Positions 40,377 through 49,666 of a stretch of 64,000 bases of DNA are shown here, one piece after another. Numbering within the stretch: the first letter of the stretch is position 1; each line of letters starts with the position of its first letter. The notes under the pieces are model-generated. The model saw only the letters and a program-made list of their open reading frames with translations. It was not told the DNA's origin and made no database searches. This DNA is from Plantactinospora sp. GCM10030261 (lineage in GTDB: Bacteria > Actinomycetota > Actinomycetes > Mycobacteriales > Micromonosporaceae): positions 80,997-144,996 of the forward strand of contig NZ_JBHTDD010000005.1 of the NCBI RefSeq assembly GCF_042666615.1, read 5' to 3'. Both the position numbers and the translations under genes were made by a program.

Positions 40377-41685
40377 GGAGAAGCCCGTACGCCAGCGCGA
40401 AACCGGTGGTGCCGGCAACGGTGCTGAGCAGCGTCGCGGACACCGCGAGCAGCGCGGCCGCGGCCATGTTCTCGCCGGCTTGCAGCGCGGAACTGTATTG
40501 TCCGTGTTCGCTTTCGTCGGCCATGGACAGCGTCGCGCTGGAGATCCTCGGGTAGGCGATCCCCATGCCGATGCCCATGGCGACGCAGGCGCCGATGACG
40601 ACGACGAGGTGTGCCAGGTCGAGGGTGTAGAGCAGGACGCAGGCCGGTCCCGACGCGACCAGCGGCGCGGCCGAGCGGATGAGCAACCGGTGGGTGTCCG
40701 CGCCGCCGCCGAGGCGACCCTGTATCCAGGCCCCCGCCGCCCATCCGGTGGCCCCGATCGCGATGACGAGACCCGCTGTGGCCGGCGGGAAGCCCCGCTC
40801 ACCCTGGAGATAGAAGGTGAGGTACACGTCGCTCGCGGTGACGACGGCGCCGAGCATGGCTCTGAGCGCGACCAGCCGCTGCGGCGCTCCGCGAAGCCGC
40901 AGAGTCCCGGGCGGCAGGATTCGACTCGCCGTCACCACGAGGGCCACCAGAGCGATCGGTACCGCGATCACGGACTGCCGGGTTGGATGCTGCCCGCTGA
41001 GGTGCAGGACGAGGAGAAGTCCGGCGGCGACCACCGCGAGGACACCGGGTCGGCCGAACAGCGGGATGGCCATCCTGGGCGTACGGGTCCGAGGTGCGGT
41101 GTCCCGCGTGACGACCATCAGGCCGGCCAACGAGGCGGCCGCTCCGGCCAGGACGATGCCGAGCACCACCCTCCAGTTGGTGAGTTCGGTGAGCAGCCCC
41201 GCGAGCACTGGACCGATCATGGACGGCAGCAGCCACGCGGTGGTGAGCAGGCCGAACATCCGGGGGCGCAGTTCGGCCCGGATGTGCCGGGCGATGAGGA
41301 CGTAGAGCACCACCGAGTCGATTCCGCCGCCGACGCCCTGGAGCAACCGCCCCAGGACGAAGGCCGCGGCGTTGGGCGCCAGCCCACACATGGCGATCCC
41401 GACGACGAACAGTGTCCCGCCCACGGCGAGGGGAAGGCGTGGACCGCTGCGGTCGGCCCAGTTGCCGCCCACGATCATCCCGACGAGTGCCGTGGTGAGC
41501 GTGGCCGCGTAGGACAGGGAGTACCACCGCGTACCGTCGAGGTCCGCCATCGCCACCGGCAGCACGGTCGTGATCGCGAAGGACTCGAAGGCGATGAAGG
41601 TCATCAACGCCAACATGCTCGTGACGAACGGCCACCTGCGCGCCGTCCACAGCCGGTCGTGGCGTGGCTGCTGGTCGACGCTCAC
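40300..41685 (-). CDS. MFS transporter (drug:H+ antiporter-like)
   Basis: 12+ TM helices and MFS motif 'GNWADRSGPRLPL'. GTG start proposed at 41685, overlapping the upstream TGA (GTGA coupling); the ORF is open to 41871. Confidence 0.75.
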   Translation of the reverse strand: MSVDQQPRHDRLWTARRWPFVTSMLALMTFIAFESFAITTVLPVAMADLDGTRWYSLSYAATLTTALVGMIVGGNWADRSGPRLPLAVGGTLFVVGIAMCGLAPNAAAFVLGRLLQGVGGGIDSVVLYVLIARHIRAELRPRMFGLLTTAWLLPSMIGPVLAGLLTELTNWRVVLGIVLAGAAASLAGLMVVTRDTAPRTRTPRMAIPLFGRPGVLAVVAAGLLLVLHLSGQHPTRQSVIAVPIALVALVVTASRILPPGTLRLRGAPQRLVALRAMLGAVVTASDVYLTFYLQGERGFPPATAGLVIAIGATGWAAGAWIQGRLGGGADTHRLLIRSAAPLVASGPACVLLYTLDLAHLVVVIGACVAMGIGMGIAYPRISSATLSMADESEHGQYSSALQAGENMAAAALLAVSATLLSTVAGTTGFALAYGLLLTGGAIAILIASTQPREVSVEASGA

Positions 41686-42610
41686 CGCGGCATGCCAACC
41701 GCCAGGACGACCTTCCCACGGCCGTGACCGCTTTCCACGTCCCGGTGGGCGTCCGGCGCCTCGGCCAGTGGGTAGACGCGCCGGACATGCACGCGCAAGC
41801 GACCATCGGCGACCAGCAGGGCCAGCGTCGCCAACCGGGTGGCCGACCGTTGGCTCCGTAGCACGCGGCAACCAAGCGCGGCGGCGAGTCGCATGTCGAC
41901 GATGGTCGCGATCCGCGTGCGGTCGGCGACGAGTTCGACCGCGTCCCGCAGGTTATCGTGGCCAGCGGCGTCGAACGCCACGTCGATGGTGTCGGCGACC
42001 GCTCGGATCCGCTCCACCTGACCGTCCCCGTAGGCGACCGGCGTCGCTCCGAGCCCACGCAGGTACTCGTGGTTGACTTCGCTGGCCGTGCCGATCACTC
42101 GGGCGCCGGCGAGCCGGCCAGTTGGGTGAACATGCTTCCGACGCCGCCGGCCGCGCCGTGGACGACCACGGTCTCGCCAGCGGAGACGGACAGTTCCTCC
42201 AGTACGGTGTGCGCTGTCTGACCTGACGCCGAGAGCGCCCCGGCGGCCTGCCACCCGACCGGCTCGGGCTTGTGCACGATCTGGGACGCCGGGACCGAGA
42301 CGTACTCGGCGTAGCAGCCCAGGGTGTTGAAGCCCAGCACCGCGTCGCCGACCGAGAATCCGCGGACGGCCGGACCGACGGCCTCGACGGTGCCCGCGAA
42401 CTCGTTGCCGAGGATCTGCGGGAAGGCGATGGTCGCGCCGGGCGGCGTCCATCCCGCCCGGATAGCGGCGTCGGTGACCTGCACCCCGGCGTTCACCACC
42501 CGGACCAGCACCCGATCCGCCTCGGTGTCGGGGCGGGGCAGGTCGTGCATGCGAAGCGACTCTGGCGGGCCGAAGGAGTCGATGGCCGCCGCCTTCATCC
42601 GAGGGCTCAC
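41682..42610 (-). pseudogene. NADPH:quinone oxidoreductase / zinc-type alcohol dehydrogenase family, frameshifted
   Basis: The N-terminal 171 aa (42095-42610) carry 'MKAAAIDSFGPPESL...GETVVVHGAAGGVGSMFTQLAG'. They continue in a second frame with 'ARVIGTASEVNHEYLRGLGA...GKVVLAVG' (41682-~42120), so there is a single-nucleotide indel near 42110-42130. Confidence 0.6.
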
Positions 42611-43245
42611 CGCGCGGCCCCGTCACCCGAGATGAAGCCGACCAGTTCGTCGATCGACCGGCTGCCCGACAACATCCGGTCACCGATCGCCACGGTCGGC
42701 ACGGCTCGTACGCCGGCGCGCTCGGCGTCCCGGTGGTCGTCGAGCACCCCGCCGGCGAACTCATCGCCCGCGACGAGGCGGTCGACGGCGACCGCTCCGA
42801 GCCCCAGTTGCGTCGCCACCTCCACGGTGCCGTCCCGGCGGGACAGGTCCAGGTTGCGCCGGAAATGCGCGTCGAAGGCCACGTCCCACGCGGCTTCCTG
42901 GTCGTCCTCGCCCCGCTCGGCCGCCACCAGCTTCAGCAGCCGGTGCAGCAACCGGGAGTCGAAGGCCCGGAGCGAGTCGGAGTTGATTTCCAGGCCGGTG
43001 CGCCGCCCCTCGGCCTCGATCACCGCCGTCCGCTCCCGCCACCACTCGGGGGGCATTCCCCACTCGGTCACCGCCACCTCCGCCAGGGGCTTACCCGGGC
43101 TCGGTGGGCCGTCCGGCTCCAGCAGGAAGCTGCGCCGACGCACCCGCACCTCGCCCGGTACGCGGGCGACCGCCGCGCTCAGCCGGCGGTGGCCGATCCA
43201 GCACCAGGGGCACCGCACGTCAGCCCACACGTCCACCGTGACCAT
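42607..43245 (-). CDS. DsbA-family (FrnE-like) thiol-disulfide oxidoreductase
   Basis: 'VDVWADVRCPWCWIGHRRL' CPWC active site at the N-terminus. Confidence 0.8.
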   Translation of the reverse strand: MVTVDVWADVRCPWCWIGHRRLSAAVARVPGEVRVRRRSFLLEPDGPPSPGKPLAEVAVTEWGMPPEWWRERTAVIEAEGRRTGLEINSDSLRAFDSRLLHRLLKLVAAERGEDDQEAAWDVAFDAHFRRNLDLSRRDGTVEVATQLGLGAVAVDRLVAGDEFAGGVLDDHRDAERAGVRAVPTVAIGDRMLSGSRSIDELVGFISGDGAAR

Positions 43246-43292
43246 CAGGTTCCTCGCTCCCTCGTCAAGTTGAGTTCACGTAAAGTCGACTA

Positions 43293-43310
43293 CATCAAGT
43301 CGACTTGACG
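43293..43310. promoter_or_regulatory. Candidate SoxR box in the soxR / dsbA-like divergent intergenic region
   Basis: 'CATCAAGTCGACTTGACG' is a 16/18 palindrome with the TCAAG-N4-CTTGA core of SoxR operators (E. coli soxS box CCTCAAGTTAACTTGAGG). An extra half-site 'CGTCAAGT' lies at 43263-43270. Confidence 0.5.
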
Positions 43311-43341
43311 TCAACCCTCATGCCGGGAGAGAGCCGAACCG

Positions 43342-43791
43342 ATGCCGCAGATCCCCAAGGACGTCCTCTGGCTCAAGCCGGGACAGGTCGCCGAGCGGGC
43401 CGGAGTGGCCGTCTCGACCCTGCACTACTACGAGAGCCTCGGCCTGATCCACAGTCGACGGACGGGTGGCAACCGGCGTGAGTACCGCCGCGACACGCTG
43501 CGTGTCCTGGCGTTCATCCGGGCCTCGCAGCGGGTCGGGGTGAGTCTCGATCGGATCAAGGCGGCGCTCGACGAACTGCCCCGTGACGGCCTGCCGACGA
43601 AGCGGGACTGGGCCCGGATCTCACGAGAGTGGCAGGACGACCTCAACGAGCGGATCGAGTTCCTCATCGGGTTGCGGGATCGCTTCTCCAGTTGCATCGG
43701 CTGCGGCTGCCTGTCCCTGAAGTCCTGCCCCTACTCCAACCCGGACGACATCCTCGGCGCCGATGGCCAGGGCGCGCGCCGTCTCCGCTGA
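43342..43791 (+). CDS. soxR: Redox-sensitive MerR-family activator SoxR ([2Fe-2S])
   Basis: MerR HTH 'GQVAERAGVAVSTLHYYESLGLI' and the diagnostic cluster motif 'CIGCGCLSLKSCPYSNPDD'. Confidence 0.9.
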   Translation: MPQIPKDVLWLKPGQVAERAGVAVSTLHYYESLGLIHSRRTGGNRREYRRDTLRVLAFIRASQRVGVSLDRIKAALDELPRDGLPTKRDWARISREWQDDLNERIEFLIGLRDRFSSCIGCGCLSLKSCPYSNPDDILGADGQGARRLR

Positions 43792-44006
43792 GCGCGGTAG
43801 TCTTGGGGGTTGCGCATCGGTGAGGCTCCCTTGCCAGGGGTGGCACGATGCCAGGTCCGGCATCGACTCCAGAGCGTACTCACCTCCGGCGATCTGGCAG
43901 GGTCGTGGCTGCTGGGCGGGCTGGCGGGATCACCGACTCATCGAACCCTGAATGTTCGTTTACTCAATGTGATGGAGGCGTGCGTCCGCCTACCGTCTTC
44001 TGCCGT

Positions 44007-44132
44007 CCTTTGCGCTGCTGTAGCCCACGCAACAGCTACTTAGAGCGACCCAACTGCCGATTCACAAGAATCGGCCGCGGACAATAATGTGAGCTTGGTG
44101 CTGGTGTTGCGTGGGCTACAGCAGCGCAAAGG
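44007..44132. repeat. 28-bp perfect inverted repeat pair (44007-44034 / 44105-44132) flanking a 70-nt spacer with an internal 7-bp hairpin; locally low GC
   Basis: 'CCTTTGCGCTGCTGTAGCCCACGCAACA' ... 'TGTTGCGTGGGCTACAGCAGCGCAAAGG'; spacer contains 'CCGATTCacaaGAATCGG'. Seen directly. Confidence 0.6.
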
Positions 44133-44330
44133 GCGACCGAGACCCGAGGCGAGGACCGATTCACCGTCACGCAACGTATATCCGGGAAGATTTGACGCTA
44201 TCGTTACCCTGCGTGAAGATTAGTGGCCCCCGTAAGGACGAGCCAGCCCACAGCACGGTCTCGCGGCAAAGTCCTGCCGCCTTCGCCGAACGCCGCCGCT
44301 GCGGAGCGGCGGCAGCGACGAGGGACGCCG

Positions 44331-45902
44331 TTACCTCGTCGGGCCGCCGTGCTGGCGGCGCAGTTCCGGGGTGAGCACCTTGCCGGTGGCGTTGCGCGGC
44401 AGATACGGCAGGAACACCACGTCCCGGGGCACCGAGAAGCGGGCCCGGTAGCGGCGGACGTACTCGCGCACCGCGTCCGGGTCGAGGGTCTCGCCGGGCC
44501 GCAGCACGAGGAAGGCGGCCAGCCGCTGGCCGTACCGCGCATCCGGTACGCCGATCACGGCGACCTCCCGCACCTGCGGCAGCCCGGCGAGCAGGTCCTC
44601 CACCTCGGCGGGGAACACGTTCTCGCCCCCCGAGACGATCATGTCGTCCTGTCGGCCGTCGACGAACAGCAGCCCGTCCGGGCCGAGATGGCCCAGGTCG
44701 CCGGTGTCCAGCAGCCCGTCGTGGCTCTGCCGCCCGCCGCCGGCGGTGTACCCCTCGAACAGCATCTCGTTGCCGACGAAGATCCGGCCGACCTGCCCGG
44801 GCGGCACCGGTTCGCCGTACCGGTCGAGGATGGCCAGCCTGGTGCCGTGTGGTGGGCGGCCGGCGGTGGTCGGTGCCCGGCGGAGGTCCGCCGGGGTGGC
44901 GATCGACGCCCAGGAGACCTCCGTCGATCCGTACAGGTTGTAGAGCACGTCGCCGAACCGGTCCATGAAACCGGTGGCCAGGGCGCCGGGCAGGGCCGAG
45001 CCGCTGACCGCCACCACCCTGAGTGGGGGACGCGCCGGCGGCGCCGCCTCCAGCAGTCGCTGCAGCATCACCGGTACGGCGAACAGCACGCCACACCGGT
45101 AGGTCTCTATGCCGCGCAGCGTGGCCACCGGGTCGAACCGGCGGTGCAGCACCACCGTGGCCCGCAGCGCGAAGGAGAGCTGCAGGGCCGCGTACCCCCA
45201 GGTGTGGAAGAGCGGCGCGGCGATGAAAACCCGGTCGTGGCAGTGCACCGGGATGCGGTCGATGATGGACACCAGCGGCCCGAAGCCGGTGGGGGTGCGC
45301 CGCCGGGCGCCCTTCGGTGTGCCGGTGGTGCCGGAGGTGAGCACGATGGTCCGGCCGTCCCGGGATGGTGGGGTGAGCACGGCCGGCGGGGCCGTGGCGA
45401 TCAGCCGTTCCTGGCGCCGCTCTTCGATCCGCGCGACGGCCGGTGGCAGCGCCGCCACCAGTTCGGCGAATTCGGCGTCGTGCAGCAGGACGCGCAGCTC
45501 CTGCTCCCGCGCGACGGTGACCAACTGCGGACCGGACAGGCCGGTGTTGACCAGGACCGGGTCGGCACCGAGCAGGGCCGTGGCCACCGTGGCCTCGATC
45601 ATTCCGGCGTGGTTGCGGCAGAGCACCCCGACCCGGTGGCCCGGCTCGATGCCGTGGCTGCCACGCAGCGCCTTGGCCAGGCGTTCGCACCGGTCGAGCA
45701 GCTCCTGGTAGCTGATCTCGCCCCGATGGTCGTCGATGATCGCCGTACGGTCCGGGTCGCGGGCGGTGGCCTGGCGCAACTCCCCGGCGAGGCTCCAGCC
45801 CCAGGTGCGCAGCGCGGCGAGTTGGGCGGCGATCCGGACCGGCGAACCGGGGCTGAGCAGGCCGCGGCGGGTCAGGGTGGCGACGACGAACGGCAGCTCC
45901 AC
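44331..45902 (-). CDS. Acyl-CoA synthetase (AMP-dependent synthetase/ligase, FadD-like)
   Basis: AMP-binding motif 'TSGTTGTPKGA' and the C-terminal 'GKVLTPELRRQ' lysine region. Confidence 0.85.
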   Translation of the reverse strand: MELPFVVATLTRRGLLSPGSPVRIAAQLAALRTWGWSLAGELRQATARDPDRTAIIDDHRGEISYQELLDRCERLAKALRGSHGIEPGHRVGVLCRNHAGMIEATVATALLGADPVLVNTGLSGPQLVTVAREQELRVLLHDAEFAELVAALPPAVARIEERRQERLIATAPPAVLTPPSRDGRTIVLTSGTTGTPKGARRRTPTGFGPLVSIIDRIPVHCHDRVFIAAPLFHTWGYAALQLSFALRATVVLHRRFDPVATLRGIETYRCGVLFAVPVMLQRLLEAAPPARPPLRVVAVSGSALPGALATGFMDRFGDVLYNLYGSTEVSWASIATPADLRRAPTTAGRPPHGTRLAILDRYGEPVPPGQVGRIFVGNEMLFEGYTAGGGRQSHDGLLDTGDLGHLGPDGLLFVDGRQDDMIVSGGENVFPAEVEDLLAGLPQVREVAVIGVPDARYGQRLAAFLVLRPGETLDPDAVREYVRRYRARFSVPRDVVFLPYLPRNATGKVLTPELRRQHGGPTR

Positions 45903-45914
45903 CGGTGCCCTCTC

Positions 45915-47126
45915 CTACAAACGGTGGCCCGAGATGGCGCGGGCGATCACCAGGCGCTGGATCTCCGACGTGCCCTCGAAGATGGTGTAGATCTTGGCGT
46001 CGCGGTACCAGCGTTCGACGGGGTGTTCGCGCAGGAACCCGGCTCCGCCCAGGATCTGCACCGCCTTCTCGGTGACCGAGACGGCCACCTCGCCGGCCTT
46101 GAGCTTGGACATCGAGCCCTCCCCGGCGGTGAACGGCCGGTTGTTGCGGCCCATCCAGGAGGCCCGCCAGACCAGCAGCCGGGCGGCGTCGATCTCCGTC
46201 TTCATGTCGGCGAGCGCGAACGCCACGGCCTGGTTCTCGACGATCGGCCGGCCGAACTGCACCCGGCTCTTCGCGTAGTCGAGCGCGTACTCGTACGCGG
46301 CCCGGGCAACGCCGATCGCCTGGGCCCCGACCGTCGGCCGGGTCATCTCGAAGGTCCGCATCGCCGCCTGGGTGGCGGCCCGCTTACCGGTTCGGGCCCG
46401 GTCCAGGCGTTCCAGCAACGCGTCCCGGCCACCGAGCAGGCAGCGTCCGGGCACCCGTACCTCATCGAGGAAGACGTCGGCGGTATGCGAGGCGCGGAGG
46501 CCGAGCTTGGCCAGTTTGCGGGTGGTGGCCAGGCCCGCGGTTCCCGGCGGCACCACGAACGCGGCCTGGCCTCGGGAGCCGAGGGCCGGATCCACCACCG
46601 CCGTGACCACGTGTACGCCGGCGATGCCGCCGTTCGTGGCGTACGCCTTCTGCCCGGTCAGCACCCACTCGTCGGCGGCCTCGTCGTGGACGGCGCGCGT
46701 GCGCATGGCTCCCACGTCGGACCCGGCCTCGGGTTCGGTGCTGCAGAACGCGGCGACGGCGGGTTCGTCCGGTGTGCCGAAGCACTGCGGCACCCATTCC
46801 ACGAGCTGGTCCGGGGTGCCCGCGCCGTAGATGGCGGCCACCGCGAGGGAGGTGCCGAAGATGCTCAGCCCGATGCCGGCGTCACCCCAGAAGAGTTCCT
46901 CGCTGGCGATCGGCAACGACAGCCCGGCGGGGTCGGCCCAGCAGTTGGCGAGGAACTCGAAGCCGTACAATCCGATCTTGGCGGCCTCCTGGATGACGGG
47001 CCACGGAGTCTCCTCGCGGGCGTCCCACTCAGCCGCGGCCGGGCGCACGACCTCGGTGGCGAAGCCGTGCACCCAGTCCCGCAGGTCCCGCTGTTCCTCG
47101 GTCAGGTCGAGCGAGAACTCGGCCAT
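45915..47126 (-). CDS. Acyl-CoA dehydrogenase
   Basis: ACAD N-terminal, middle and C-terminal motifs, including 'YATNGGIAGVHVV' and 'FEGTSEIQRLVIAR'. Confidence 0.9.
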   Translation of the reverse strand: MAEFSLDLTEEQRDLRDWVHGFATEVVRPAAAEWDAREETPWPVIQEAAKIGLYGFEFLANCWADPAGLSLPIASEELFWGDAGIGLSIFGTSLAVAAIYGAGTPDQLVEWVPQCFGTPDEPAVAAFCSTEPEAGSDVGAMRTRAVHDEAADEWVLTGQKAYATNGGIAGVHVVTAVVDPALGSRGQAAFVVPPGTAGLATTRKLAKLGLRASHTADVFLDEVRVPGRCLLGGRDALLERLDRARTGKRAATQAAMRTFEMTRPTVGAQAIGVARAAYEYALDYAKSRVQFGRPIVENQAVAFALADMKTEIDAARLLVWRASWMGRNNRPFTAGEGSMSKLKAGEVAVSVTEKAVQILGGAGFLREHPVERWYRDAKIYTIFEGTSEIQRLVIARAISGHRL

Positions 47127-47128
47127 GG

Positions 47129-47581
47129 TCAGGCCTTGGGGATGTCGAACAGGTTGGCGATGTTGGCGGCCAGGCCCAGGTCTCCCTTGGCCTTCAGCTT
47201 GCCGGACATGAACATCATGACCGGGTTGCCGCTACCAGAGACGATCTTGAGGAATTCCACCGGGCCCATCGTGAGGCTCAGCTTCGGGTCCCGCTGCGGC
47301 GTCTCCGAGACGGTGCAGGTGCCGTTCTCGATGACCACCTCGTAGGTGTCGGTGCCGCCGTCCGGGCGACCGGTGATGCCCCAGTGGATGACGGCGTTGG
47401 TGGAGCCGGCGCGGTCCGCCCGGAACAGGGCCGGCATCCGGCCGAAGACCTCGTTGAGGATCTTGCCGCGGGCATCGCTCTGCATGATCTCGGCGAGTTT
47501 CGCGTCCGGGGTGGACTTGACGAGCTGGGCGAACTCCTTGGGGCCGACCGAGGCGAAGTTGGCCGGATCGAAGTCGGTCAT
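47129..47581 (-). CDS. SCP2 sterol-carrier-like domain protein
   Basis: 'VMMFMSGKLKAKGDLGLAANIANLF' SCP-2 C-terminal signature; 3-nt gap to the upstream ACAD gene. Confidence 0.85.
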   Translation of the reverse strand: MTDFDPANFASVGPKEFAQLVKSTPDAKLAEIMQSDARGKILNEVFGRMPALFRADRAGSTNAVIHWGITGRPDGGTDTYEVVIENGTCTVSETPQRDPKLSLTMGPVEFLKIVSGSGNPVMMFMSGKLKAKGDLGLAANIANLFDIPKA

Positions 47582-47609
47582 CGTTGTACCTTCCGTACGC
47601 GAACGTGGT

Positions 47610-47637
47610 TACTCGTGCGTAACCCTACGCACGAGTA
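47610..47637. promoter_or_regulatory. Candidate TetR operator: 12-4-12 perfect inverted repeat between tetR and the SCP2-ACAD-fadD operon
   Basis: 'TACTCGTGCGTA accc TACGCACGAGTA' seen directly in the 59-nt divergent intergenic region. Confidence 0.5.
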
Positions 47638-47640
47638 GGT

Positions 47641-48309
47641 ATGCTGGCAAGGGTGCCGGCCACCTTCAAGCGATTGCCCCGCGCGCTCCGCGAGCAGCAG
47701 ATGCTCGACGCGGCGGTCCGGGTCTTCTCCCGGCGTGGCTTCCACACCGCCAGCATGGACGAGATCGCCGACGTGGCGGGGATCAGCAAGCCCATGGTGT
47801 ACGCCTACCTGGGCGCCAAGGAGGACCTGTTCATCGCCTGCCTGCACCGGGAGGGCACCCGACTCATGGAGGCGGTCGCCGCCGCCGTCGCCCCCGACCT
47901 GGCGCCCGACGAGCAACTCTGGCGCGGCCTGCGGGCGTTCTTCCGGTTCGTCGGAGCGCACCGGGACGGCTGGGCTGTGCTCTACCGGCAGGCCCGGGGC
48001 GAGCAGCCGTTCGCCGGCCAACTCGCCGAGATGCGGGCCCGGATGGTCGAGGTGGTGGCCGGGATGCTCCATCGGGCACTGGTCGCCCGCGGTCGCCCGG
48101 TGCCCGAGGACGACCTTGAGGTCATGGCCTACGCGCTGGTGGGGGCGACGGAGTCGATGGCCGACTGGTTGGCCGACCATCCGGACGCCGACCCGGAGTG
48201 GACCGCCACCCGGGTGATGAACGTGGCCTGGCTCGGTGCGGGTCAACTGATGGACGGTCAGTCCTGGCGGCCGACCGGCGCCAGCGGATCAGCTCGACCA
48301 CAAGCGTGA
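47641..48309 (+). CDS. TetR-family transcriptional regulator
   Basis: HTH 'FHTASMDEIADVAGISKPMVYAYLGAKEDLF'. Confidence 0.85.
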   Translation: MLARVPATFKRLPRALREQQMLDAAVRVFSRRGFHTASMDEIADVAGISKPMVYAYLGAKEDLFIACLHREGTRLMEAVAAAVAPDLAPDEQLWRGLRAFFRFVGAHRDGWAVLYRQARGEQPFAGQLAEMRARMVEVVAGMLHRALVARGRPVPEDDLEVMAYALVGATESMADWLADHPDADPEWTATRVMNVAWLGAGQLMDGQSWRPTGASGSARPQA

Positions 48310-48892
48310 CGCCGAGCGCGAGGCCGAGGCCCAGCAGCAGCCCCTTGAGCGGATCGCGCTCGAACGCCATCCCACCCAGATAACCGATCAGCGCGGAGTA
48401 GAGCCCCCAGCTGATCGCCGCGAGCGAGTCGACGAGGGCGAACGATCGCCACGGGTGCCGGATCGTGCCCAGGGTGAGGGTGACCGCGGTCCGGCCGCCG
48501 GGGACGTACCGGGCGACCACCAGGATCAGCCCGCCGCGCACCGTGATGCCCCGTCGGGCCCGCTCGTAGGCAGTCCGTCGTCGACTGTCGGCGGGTAGCC
48601 GGTCGATCAACCGGGTTCCTCCCCACCGCCCGATCGCGTACGAGATGTGGTCACCGACGAACGCCCCGGCGGCGGCGACGCCGATCAGCGGCAGCAACTC
48701 GGGCTGACCGCTCGCCGCGAACACCCCCGCCGTGATCACCGCGGTTTCGCTCGGCACGGCCGGGAAGAAGCCGTCGATCACCGCGACCGCGAAGATGGCG
48801 GCGTAGACCCACGGCGAGCCCATCGTCTGGTGCAGCAGGTCGAGTACGGGTTCCATGATCTCGATCGTGGTGGACCCGGTGCGGCTGGACAT
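48122..48892 (-). CDS. DedA-family (VTT domain) membrane protein; 3' ~45 codons overlap the tetR 3' end on the opposite strand
   Basis: 'FFPAVPSETAVITAGVFAASG...VVARYVPGGRTAVTLTLG'. The C-terminal tail 'RTDRPSVDPHRARP...' is low complexity and antisense to tetR, so the end is uncertain. Confidence 0.7.
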   Translation of the reverse strand: MSSRTGSTTIEIMEPVLDLLHQTMGSPWVYAAIFAVAVIDGFFPAVPSETAVITAGVFAASGQPELLPLIGVAAAGAFVGDHISYAIGRWGGTRLIDRLPADSRRRTAYERARRGITVRGGLILVVARYVPGGRTAVTLTLGTIRHPWRSFALVDSLAAISWGLYSALIGYLGGMAFERDPLKGLLLGLGLALGVTLVVELIRWRRSAARTDRPSVDPHRARPRSSPGWRSTPGRRPDGRPTSRPSTPSPPPARRP

Positions 48893-48980
48893 CGGCCCTC
48901 GGTCAGCCGCCGGCCCCGACTTAAGTAGGGCCCGACCCTGGCCACCGTCGGGGTGCGTCCCTGACTCCTATCCTCGACGC

Positions 48981-49666
48981 ATGACCCTCGGCAGGCTGCG
49001 GACGCCGGCACTCGCCTGGCAACCCCACCTGCTCGCCGTGACGCTCGCCGCCCTCGTCTGGTTCGCCGGCACGGGCGAGGCCGGGGTGGACTCGCGCTGG
49101 CCACCCCTCGCCATCGTGCCCGTCGCGCTCGCCTCCGGCGCGGCGGCCTGGTCGGTCCGGAACCGCCGCTGGCCGCTGTTCACCATGGCGGCCGTCGGCT
49201 GGCTCGGGATGGCGGCCTGGCCGGCGCCGGTGGTGGCCTCGTACTACGCCGCCACCCGGCTGTCTCGCAGGCACCTCGTCGGTTACCTGGTCGGGGCGTT
49301 CGTCGTTCTGCTCGCGCAGGTGACGGTCGCCGAAGCGGTCGGCGGCCGCGCACTCTGCCCGTGACCGTGCAGCGCACCATCTACCGGGTGGTCCAGGAGG
49401 CGTTGACCAACATGCGGAAACACGCCCCCCACACGGACGCCACGATCACTCTCCGCTATTTGGCCGGATCCGTCGGGGTGCGCGTACACAATGGTCCGTC
49501 CCCGGAGACGGACGGTGCCGGGACCACGGACCTGCCCGGAGCGGGCCTGGGGTTGGTCGGGCTACGGGAGCGGGTCGACCTGCTGGGCGGCCGGTTGGCC
49601 GCGGGGCCAGCCGAAGACGGCGGTTTCCTGGTGGAGGCCGAGCTGCCGGCGGGAGATCCGGCGTGA
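48981..49666 (+). pseudogene. Degenerate NarL-type sensor histidine kinase: membrane sensor fragment (48981-49364) and HATPase_c fragment (49361-49666) in separate frames, HisKA_3 phospho-acceptor box missing
   Basis: The first ORF has only TM helices and no His box. The second begins 'RTIYRVVQEALTNMRKHAP...GAGLGLVGLRERVDLLGGRL', which is a HATPase_c domain. The two overlap by GTGA. Confidence 0.55.

Noticed and set aside
44223-47345. 1040-aa plus-strand ORF antisense to the fadD/ACAD/SCP2 operon
   Set aside because: Antisense to three genes with clear enzyme motifs. It is a high-GC open-frame artefact.
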